Shown here in pieces: positions 56,824 through 64,000 of a stretch of 64,000 bases of DNA. The stretch is from Patescibacteria group bacterium (lineage in GTDB: Bacteria; Patescibacteriota; Microgenomatia; UBA1400; PJMF01), in contig JAZQJV010000018.1 in the NCBI GenBank assembly GCA_045541795.1, forward strand, positions 197,134 to 261,133, read 5' to 3'. Below the pieces are notes generated by a model. That model saw only the letters and a program-made list of their open reading frames with translations. It did no database searches and was not told where the DNA came from. How positions within the stretch are numbered: position 1 is the first letter of the stretch; every line of letters begins with the position of its first letter. A program made the translations under genes and the position numbers.

Positions 56824-59800
56824 ATGAAAACGAAATTTAGCCAATTATTACTAAAAATTAGCCCCCTGATGCTGGTTTGCTGCCTCACGCTGCTGTCTGT
56901 CAGCCGCGCGCAGGCCAAAATGTGTTCTTTTAGCGTGGAGGAAGGCGCTACACCCGCTGTCGCCGATAGACGGCTTTATTGGTACAAGAGCGAAAAAGGC
57001 CTCCCGGATGAATACATCCATGACTATGAGCTGACTTATCTCGGGGAAAATGATCCCTGCCCTACGGCCGAATACGACGGCGAGTCAGGACGCATCTTAA
57101 TGAGACCCGACGAAAATTACGCTCCCATGGATCTACTCATACCAGCCCTGGCCGCTCTTGAAGCCCAAGATGCCGACGGTAATCATACCGAATCCCGTGG
57201 TCAGGAGTGGCCGTGGAAGGATTCTGGCACCTACGTGCGCATCGAAGGGCTCTATGACCAAAGTGTCATCCCTTGCGGTACGGCCGTCGGCGACCAGTGT
57301 GACTGGGACTGGGGTATCAATAAAATCACTTATACTTACAAAGGCACTTACAAAGTCGATGCCCAATACGAAATGATGGTGCAGTTGACCAATACCAGCG
57401 GCTACGCCGGGCCAAATTTTTACATCGACAGCTATGACCAAGCTGCCAAAACCATCACCATGTCTCCCGACTGGCGTGGCAGTGAGCACTACTATACCAA
57501 TCCTCACTACGCCCTGGGTGCGCTTTCTGGCGCCTACAAGTACTTAACGGCGCACGACTACTCGGCACAAGGCGAAGTCACCTTTATTCTCGATACCGCC
57601 TATTCATACCCTTACGTACCGATCAAATCCATTACCTACAAAGACGGCAAGCTTAGTAGTGACGTTTTTGTCAGTAGTGTCAGCAATGTCAAGACGATTA
57701 GCTTTGATGAGTTTGACTATGACGGCTACTCGCCAGTGACACGTGTCGCCAGTTATAATCCCGGCTCAATTCCTACCTACTACTACGACCAATCAGTTTA
57801 CCCATACGTCCGCCGCACACTCACTCTCCAAGCCGCCACCAATTCAAGCCTCGAGGCTGCCACCGGTTTGATGGCCATCATGTATGACATTTATGGCAAC
57901 AACACCCCAGCCGAGATTTACTTCACTGGCGAAAGCTTCGCCAAAGCCACCATGAGCATTGTTGGCCAAGAAACATATTACGCCTATCACTTCCCCGATG
58001 ACAGCACTATTAACGGCACCGATATCTTCAATCTCTCTGCCCTCCACCAGGTAGATGCTACCCATTACACGGCTGTCTTTAATGATCAAGCCACACTAGA
58101 TGAAGGCATGATTTTTGCCTTGATGAATCAAGGAAAAGTGTTTGACATCACTTTTGAAGATCCGGCCATGCCTGGCACATTAAATTTTGAAGATGGCGCA
58201 TTTACCTTAAGTTTCGCCGATGCTGAGCTGGCTGGCAGCGATCTCGCGGCAAAAATCACCTCGCTCGAGGCCATTCTCAATGGTGAAAAGATGCAGCCCG
58301 ACCAAACCGCAGTCGACGTTTACGAGCTCGCCAACGACTGGCTGATCAATGTCGACGGATCCGACATCACCTATTTAAATTTCTACCTCGAGACGCCCTA
58401 TTTTGGCCGGCTCATGACGATTGATCTCGAGGACGAATCAATAAATGTCGACTATACTGACTATGTACTTGCCCCAGGTACTTCTGCCAGCGATGCTGCC
58501 ATTATCTACATGCAACTGATTGGTCAATATCTGGACGATGAACCAGAAACATTTGACGATAAAGGCGTCGCCGCCGACTCTATCGACGAACCTATCAACC
58601 GGATTTATTACGACGCGGACTCCGCGCGTACGAAGGCGATCCTCATGGGTAATTCCACCTTTGCTGACGGGCTTAATATCGCCTCGCTCATCACAAACGG
58701 CGTCGAGGTCAACTACCAAGTCGGCCACCCGCTCTCCATCATCACCCATGTCTATGACGAATTTGACGTCATCCTCAGTGAAAACGCCACCCAAGCCTGG
58801 CTGCGGGAGCACTTAGCCGAGCTTACCGGTTTCCCCGGCATCGGCGTGTACACTGGTGACGTCATGGATGGCCCCGTCCACCAGCTTGGTGACATTCTTT
58901 TTGCCGGCACGGATGAGCAAGGCAACCTCGCCCTTGATTATTACGCCTCAGACGAAATTGATGTCTACATTGACCAGGCGGAAAGTAGTATCATTCATGA
59001 CGCCAGCGCCAGCAGCGAAGCGGCTTTAGTCAAAGAAGTCGGCCTCGTGGCAGATCTAGTCGCGCATCTTGGCCTTGACGAGCAAGTAAATATCACGGTC
59101 GGCACTACCCCAGGCGCCGCTGTAGCCACCATTGACGCTCTCCAAGGCAAAGCCGCCAGCGGACAAATTGTCCTCCACGTCACTGATCATACCGGCACTT
59201 ACGGCACTTTCTCCGTCCTGCAGATGCCCGAGCTGCAAGAGCAAACCAGCTCCTGTGGCCGTGACGGCGTCCCATACTGCGCTCACCCAGACACTTACGC
59301 CGGCAAAACGCTCATTTTTACCAATGATCTTGCACCCGCCACCATCCAGCAGCTGGCCGCTAGCGTCCACTCAGATAAAAATTACTTAGTGATGGCGCAG
59401 TCTACCAGCCAACCGGCGCAGACCGCCTCCCTCTGGAGCAAGCTCATCAAGCAGGCCTATGCCGCCAGTACCAATTACTATCTGCTCGAGTATGACGCCA
59501 GCAATCAGCTTCAATCCCTTGGCGTCACCACTCTTGACGACTCCATGCAAGCCATCATTGACAGCTGGCGTCAAGTTGCCGGTGACTTTACCCTGCGCTT
59601 GCTAAACGAGCAGGCCATCAGCGAAGCTACCCTCATTTACCTGGCCACCACCAGTGACACCGCTTTTGCCGATGTCATCAACTACGTGGCCACAAACGCC
59701 GCCGACGGCCTCAATGCCGAGATCTACGGCCAAGACTTTGCCATCCTCGTGATCGCCGGTAAAGTGACTCAGGTCAATTTCACCGAAACGACTACAAGAG

Positions 59801-60435
59801 AAGAGGTCGAAGCCGCCATTGCCGGTACTAAGGGGCAGTTTACCGTCAATTTTGGTTCCGTCACCATGCTTGCCAGAGATGGCGTCCTTTTTGAGATCAA
59901 AACGATCTCTCTTGAGCCAGGATTAAGCGCCCCGCAAAGCCGCAATGTGCCCAGCAATGCCCGCCCGCAAGGCTGCGATGCGTCTATCCCTGTGGGCAAG
60001 GCAGATCTTTTCCAGATCGACCGCCAGGCGGACAAAGCCACGCTCTATTTCACGCCCGTGCGTGACAACACCGATCGTTACCACGTGATGTTTGGCTACG
60101 CCGAAGGCGATGAACGCTTCTCTGGTGTCGCCCTCCAAGTGACCGCCGAGCAAAACAACGGTGTCTTGGCGCTTGACATCACCAATCTTGACCCACGCCA
60201 GGTCTATTCCTTCAAAGTCGCACCTGTGCACGAGTGTGCCGTAGGAGTGTGGTCCAATTGGCTGACAGCTGCACCCACCAGCGCCTCACGAGTCACGCAT
60301 ACCTACCGCTACTACTCTCAAGAGACTAAGCCTGCTGCCTACCAGCCCGCCTCAAGCACTACAGTCGAGAGCCCTACTCAGCGCACCACCCAAATCGTCA
60401 CCGCTAAATACTCTCAGGTGACCCGCAAAAAATAA
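56824..60435 (+). CDS. Giant secreted/surface protein (1203 aa) with C-terminal FN3-like module
   Basis: Signal peptide, acidic repetitive body, then a C-terminal 170-aa module shared with the downstream paralog (LDITNLDPRQVYSFKVAPVHECAVGVWSNW, FN3-like). Terminator at 60463-60486. Confidence 0.7.
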   Translation: MKTKFSQLLLKISPLMLVCCLTLLSVSRAQAKMCSFSVEEGATPAVADRRLYWYKSEKGLPDEYIHDYELTYLGENDPCPTAEYDGESGRILMRPDENYAPMDLLIPALAALEAQDADGNHTESRGQEWPWKDSGTYVRIEGLYDQSVIPCGTAVGDQCDWDWGINKITYTYKGTYKVDAQYEMMVQLTNTSGYAGPNFYIDSYDQAAKTITMSPDWRGSEHYYTNPHYALGALSGAYKYLTAHDYSAQGEVTFILDTAYSYPYVPIKSITYKDGKLSSDVFVSSVSNVKTISFDEFDYDGYSPVTRVASYNPGSIPTYYYDQSVYPYVRRTLTLQAATNSSLEAATGLMAIMYDIYGNNTPAEIYFTGESFAKATMSIVGQETYYAYHFPDDSTINGTDIFNLSALHQVDATHYTAVFNDQATLDEGMIFALMNQGKVFDITFEDPAMPGTLNFEDGAFTLSFADAELAGSDLAAKITSLEAILNGEKMQPDQTAVDVYELANDWLINVDGSDITYLNFYLETPYFGRLMTIDLEDESINVDYTDYVLAPGTSASDAAIIYMQLIGQYLDDEPETFDDKGVAADSIDEPINRIYYDADSARTKAILMGNSTFADGLNIASLITNGVEVNYQVGHPLSIITHVYDEFDVILSENATQAWLREHLAELTGFPGIGVYTGDVMDGPVHQLGDILFAGTDEQGNLALDYYASDEIDVYIDQAESSIIHDASASSEAALVKEVGLVADLVAHLGLDEQVNITVGTTPGAAVATIDALQGKAASGQIVLHVTDHTGTYGTFSVLQMPELQEQTSSCGRDGVPYCAHPDTYAGKTLIFTNDLAPATIQQLAASVHSDKNYLVMAQSTSQPAQTASLWSKLIKQAYAASTNYYLLEYDASNQLQSLGVTTLDDSMQAIIDSWRQVAGDFTLRLLNEQAISEATLIYLATTSDTAFADVINYVATNAADGLNAEIYGQDFAILVIAGKVTQVNFTETTTREEVEAAIAGTKGQFTVNFGSVTMLARDGVLFEIKTISLEPGLSAPQSRNVPSNARPQGCDASIPVGKADLFQIDRQADKATLYFTPVRDNTDRYHVMFGYAEGDERFSGVALQVTAEQNNGVLALDITNLDPRQVYSFKVAPVHECAVGVWSNWLTAAPTSASRVTHTYRYYSQETKPAAYQPASSTTVESPTQRTTQIVTAKYSQVTRKK

Positions 60436-60519
60436 TTACCAACCACCTAAGCAGCATCTCCAATCAGTCCTTCGGGACTGATTTTGCATCTGCCCGACTT
60501 TAAAAGATCAAATATAATT

Positions 60520-60562
60520 ATATTATAACATACTTTATCAAATTTGTCAAGAGGCAATTTTT
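60520..60562 (-). promoter_or_regulatory. Extended promoter motif copy (minus orientation) between the two giant paralogs
   Basis: About 85% identical to the 56328-56370 copy. Points antisense into the 3-prime end of the upstream giant gene. Confidence 0.45.
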
Positions 60563-60647
60563 CCTGCGCAAACTAGTGACTACTCCCTCATAAATTTTGC
60601 CAAAATTTGGCCGTGAAAATTAGACACAGTACTGATAAAATATACCC

Positions 60648-63473
60648 ATGACAACAAATTTCAAAGCAAAACTGACAAAATTACTATTCACAAGTTTTAC
60701 TGTCCTTGCACTCGCCGTGACCACTGGAAAATACGAGGCTGTCAATGCCCAAGCCAGTCCGCAAACACTCACCCTTGATCTCTATCAGCTGTACGCCTGT
60801 AATGAACTAAGCGATACTACTGCTTGCAGCGAACTGAGTACCTGGGCAGCTAATTTGGCCGCTCTTGATGTCAGCCAACCGCTCGGCATCCAGCTGACAG
60901 CCTCAGCTAATGACAATTTACAAACGGTGACGTTGGCCGATGCATTGGCGCTTCTTGACGATGACAGCAATTTTGATCTCAAGGCCTGGGCGAATCAGCT
61001 TACCTTGAGTCTTGATAACGAGGCCATGGATTTTTTAAACCTGCAAATTTATGACTTTTACCAAAGCACCAGCCCTGTAACCTATGAGTTTATCAGTTAC
61101 GAGTATAATACACAAACCCGCTATGCCCTCCAGGCCAACGTGCGGATTTATACCGCGCAAGAGTTAGTAGAAAATGCTTACCCTGACCAAACAGAGATTT
61201 TTTCCAATGTCGCCACTGACCTGCGCGATCAATTACAAAATTATACCGGCACCAATTTAGAGGAAATAGACATTAGTGTGCAAAATGATGAAGCCCTCCT
61301 GATCACCGCTGTAGATGGAGACTTACATGAACTCACGATTACCAGCCATGACATTGCCACCGCCACGCCGTACATTGCTATCTTTGCCATGATGGGTGAC
61401 TTTGCCGAAATTGTGGATGAAAACGGCGATCAGCTCGCTCTGGCACATTATCCCGCCGACAGCGTGCTTTGGATTGCTGTAGATGACTACAACACGCTCA
61501 TTGACCTGACTTCCAGTGAGCAGGGGATGGGAGAGCTTGCCTTTAACGTCACCACGACCAATAATATCGTCAATTTACAGACACTCATAGAAGATCCAGA
61601 TACCGGCGAATACAATTATGATTTTGATTACATTGAAACGACTACCGCCGGCGGTGACGGCAACACGGTGCAAATTGACCTTGTCCAGCTCGACCGCACA
61701 CAGTTCGCGCCACAAGGCGCTGTCAACTTGATCAATTATATCGCCGCCAATGCTCTGCTGCAAGACAGCAATCCTGACGTCGATCTACTGGACCTAGACG
61801 CCGTGGCGCTGACGGTCACATTGGATGAAAACGTCACTGCCAGTGTCAGCTATGACCAGCAGGAGCAGCAACCCGTCCTCGCCCTCGGGGATGACACTGC
61901 GGCGGCCATCCTCATGCTTTCCGGAAGCCTCGATGAAAGCATCCGCGCCCTCAATCTACCTGAGAGCAACCTGCAAATCACGGGGTCATTATCAAGCGTT
62001 AATTACGACATTGAAGTCAAGGTTGACGCCAGTGGGGAGGTAAGCACCTACACGAGCGTGAACACGAGTGAAACCATTGATCCAGACACTCAAGCCGCCA
62101 TCATCGCTGATCTTATTACCACCGGCGGTGACATTACCATCACCACTCCCGAGGGCGAGCTCGCCATACTCACTGTCACCGACGAGCAAACGGCGCAAAA
62201 GAGACTTTACTATTTCGCCGCCAAGGCTGGCCAAAGCCTCACGACAACTGCTGATATCCTGACTGTGGCCAAGCTCACCCGCGATATTATTGCGGTCGTC
62301 CCTGCTGACATCAACAGTGTCTATGTTGGCCTGAGTGACGGCATGCAAGAACTTGAGTCTATCTCCACCTTGGCGGAAAACGGCCAGATTAAAACTGTCA
62401 GCTATAACGCACTCACCGTCAGTACTGATAGTGAAGCACTCAAGGAGTTGTTGCCAGCAGTCGCCTCTCAGACTCCGGCAGCGGCCAGTATCAGTATCCA
62501 CGCTACACGAAGCAGTGATGAGACCAAAACCCTGTCTATTTTTGGCATTACCAGCCCGAGCGCCGACGTTTTTGCCACCGTCAAGCAGGCGATCAGTGAA
62601 GACTCCACCGCTATCGTCCAGTTGCTCGCCCTCGAAAGTGTCAGCGGGCAAATGCACACTGCCAGAAGTAGCGACAACATCGTCTCGGCAACGATTAACA
62701 CCATCACGCGCCTTGAAGATGATCAGCTGACCTTATCGATTACCGGCACTGACTTCACGATCAATATCAAAAACGGCGCTATTTATGCCGTCATCTTCAC
62801 CGCCACCACTACCCGGGAGCAAGTCGAGAGTGCCATTGCTGGCTCTCAAGGACAGTTTATGGTCTATTTTGGCTCTACTTACATGCTGGCCCGAGACGAC
62901 AAACTTTACGAGATCGCCACCCCAGCCAACGATCAGCCAGCTGCACCCACCTCAGATCCTAATGACCGCCACGCCAGCAGCCGCAACGTCCCCAACAACG
63001 CCCGGCCTCAAGGCTGTGACGCCTCCTTACCAATCGGCCAAGCAGATCTTTTCCAAATCGACCGCCAGGCAGACAAGGCGACGCTCTATTTCACGCCCGT
63101 GCGTGACAACACTGACCGTTACCACGTGATGTTTGGCTACAGCGAGGGTGACGAGCGGTTCTCTGGCATCGCCCTCCAGGTCAGCAGTGAGCAAAACAAC
63201 GGCGTCCTGGCTCTCGACATCACCAATCTCGACCCCCGCCTGACGTATTCCTTCAAGGTTGCCCCCGTGCATGACTGCGCCGTGGGTACGTGGTCAGCGT
63301 GGCTGACGGCTGGTCCTACTACCACTTCTCGTGTCAGCCACACTTATCGTTATGCTAATGAGCCGGTAAAATCACCTAGTTTGCCTACCTCGAGTCTCAC
63401 TACAAAAGCGGGCAGTGAGGGCAGTGTGCAAATCGTCACTGCCAAATACTCACCCGTTACCCGCCAGCACTAA
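60648..63473 (+). CDS. Giant secreted/surface protein paralog (941 aa) with the same C-terminal FN3-like module
   Basis: Signal peptide and acidic repetitive body. The C-terminal 170 aa are about 85% identical to the 56824-60435 product. Terminator at 63504-63528. Confidence 0.7.
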   Translation: MTTNFKAKLTKLLFTSFTVLALAVTTGKYEAVNAQASPQTLTLDLYQLYACNELSDTTACSELSTWAANLAALDVSQPLGIQLTASANDNLQTVTLADALALLDDDSNFDLKAWANQLTLSLDNEAMDFLNLQIYDFYQSTSPVTYEFISYEYNTQTRYALQANVRIYTAQELVENAYPDQTEIFSNVATDLRDQLQNYTGTNLEEIDISVQNDEALLITAVDGDLHELTITSHDIATATPYIAIFAMMGDFAEIVDENGDQLALAHYPADSVLWIAVDDYNTLIDLTSSEQGMGELAFNVTTTNNIVNLQTLIEDPDTGEYNYDFDYIETTTAGGDGNTVQIDLVQLDRTQFAPQGAVNLINYIAANALLQDSNPDVDLLDLDAVALTVTLDENVTASVSYDQQEQQPVLALGDDTAAAILMLSGSLDESIRALNLPESNLQITGSLSSVNYDIEVKVDASGEVSTYTSVNTSETIDPDTQAAIIADLITTGGDITITTPEGELAILTVTDEQTAQKRLYYFAAKAGQSLTTTADILTVAKLTRDIIAVVPADINSVYVGLSDGMQELESISTLAENGQIKTVSYNALTVSTDSEALKELLPAVASQTPAAASISIHATRSSDETKTLSIFGITSPSADVFATVKQAISEDSTAIVQLLALESVSGQMHTARSSDNIVSATINTITRLEDDQLTLSITGTDFTINIKNGAIYAVIFTATTTREQVESAIAGSQGQFMVYFGSTYMLARDDKLYEIATPANDQPAAPTSDPNDRHASSRNVPNNARPQGCDASLPIGQADLFQIDRQADKATLYFTPVRDNTDRYHVMFGYSEGDERFSGIALQVSSEQNNGVLALDITNLDPRLTYSFKVAPVHDCAVGTWSAWLTAGPTTTSRVSHTYRYANEPVKSPSLPTSSLTTKAGSEGSVQIVTAKYSPVTRQH

Positions 63474-63579
63474 AGCGTGCCTTTACCTCACCGGCGCGCA
63501 CCAAAATCAGCCCTTCAGGGCTGATTTTGGCCTTGTCAATCTCCACTTTTCGTGTTATAATAACTCATCTTTAACAAAT

Positions 63580-63650
63580 TGCCCGATCGTCTAATGGCAG
63601 GACAGCAGCCTTTGGAGCTGTTTATCGTGGTTCGAATCCACGTCGGGCAT
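63580..63650 (+). tRNA. tRNA-Gln (anticodon TTG)
   Basis: U1-A72 acceptor (TGCCCGA/TCGGGCA). Anticodon stem GCAGC/GCTGT with loop CTTTGGA. T-arm CGTGGTTCGAATCCACG. Promoter TTGTCA-N16-TATAAT at 63534-63561. Confidence 0.75.
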
Positions 63651-63735
63651 CCGTAATGCCTCCTTAGTATAAAAGTTAGTACAAGGGTTTTGTAACCCCT
63701 AGGAACTGGAGCGTTACCAGTAGGAGGCTCAGCTT

Positions 63736-64000
63736 ATGCAAAATCTGCGTCCCAAAATCGTAGTCATTGGTGGTGGTACGGGCACGGCCACTGTCCTTTC
63801 TGCTCTCAGCCGTGGTCACAAATTTGATCTCACGGCCATCGTCACCGTTTCTGATTCTGGCGGCTCTACCGGCAGGCTTCGCGACGAGTTTGGCTTCATC
63901 CCCGTAGGCGACGTGCGCGCCTGCCTAGCGGCTCTGGCCAGCGGTCACAACAGTGAGGAAGTCAAAAACATGCTCCTATACCGCTTTGACCGGGGAGAAG
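63736..64000 (+). CDS. YvcK/CofD-like (UPF0052) family protein, 5-prime partial at window end
   Basis: SD TAGGAGG 8 nt upstream. IVVIGGGTGTATVLSAL...LTAIVTVSDSGGSTGRLR matches the YvcK/gluconeogenesis factor family N-terminus. Confidence 0.6.
   Translation, partial: MQNLRPKIVVIGGGTGTATVLSALSRGHKFDLTAIVTVSDSGGSTGRLRDEFGFIPVGDVRACLAALASGHNSEEVKNMLLYRFDRGE

Noticed and set aside
57133-57507. 124-aa minus-strand ORF and several others inside the giant surface-protein genes
   Set aside because: Antisense to long, well-supported ORFs. The translations are compositionally biased.
1-64000. CRISPR arrays, rRNA genes, tmRNA, RNase P RNA
   Set aside because: No regularly spaced short direct repeats with unique spacers. 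The only T-arm-like GGTTCGA motifs belong to the six tRNAs. No RNase P or tmRNA conserved blocks were found by eye. The iteron repeats at 7847/10079 have no spacer-repeat periodicity.

Overview
This 64-kb window is a compact, high-coding-density bacterial chromosome segment of about 50% GC. Gene content (LCP, DUF3048, DUF4012, FISUMP/DUF1566-like, SleB-like, giant surface proteins) and a recurring TTGACA-N17-TATAAT promoter with a conserved upstream extension are consistent with a small-genome Gram-positive-like or CPR/Saccharibacteria-type organism; this placement is inference. Core genes: a cell-wall/division cluster on the left (Mur-ligase tail fused in frame to murC, murB, ybeY, LCP, ftsQ-like, ftsA, ftsZ) and a second on the right (murA, mraY, ftsW, murG, DUF4012). 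Housekeeping genes include rseP, frr, holA-like, xerC/D-like, efp, coaE, a phosphohexomutase, tgt, a heterodimeric ABC exporter pair, secDF and dnaK. Six tRNAs are present: Ser-GGA, Phe-GAA, Arg-TCT, Leu-TAA, Glu-CTC and Gln-TTG. The main discovery is a complete diversity-generating retroelement (DGR) in a tRNA-flanked island at roughly 26.2-33.6 kb. Its parts are a secreted FISUMP-domain target gene with a C-terminal variable repeat (VR, 27588-27764), a GC-rich hairpin, an unusually large accessory gene, a reverse transcriptase with the DGR-specific IGNLTSQ motif, and a template repeat (TR, 30483-30655). All 18 VR/TR mismatches lie at TR adenines, mostly in AAC codons. The same island carries a YhcG-like PDDEXK nuclease and an AT-rich membrane protein. 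Other notable features are a 2.4-kb cassette bounded by 130-150-bp direct repeats built from GTGTGGCA iterons (glycine-rich secreted protein plus ORF6N protein), nine copies of an extended promoter motif AAATTGCCTCTTGACAAAA, two tandem paralogous giant secreted proteins with a shared C-terminal FN3-like module, a C10 tract next to the DGR target promoter, a CIRCE-like operator at dnaK, an orphan Dcm methyltransferase and several candidate small RNAs. No CRISPR array or rRNA gene was seen.
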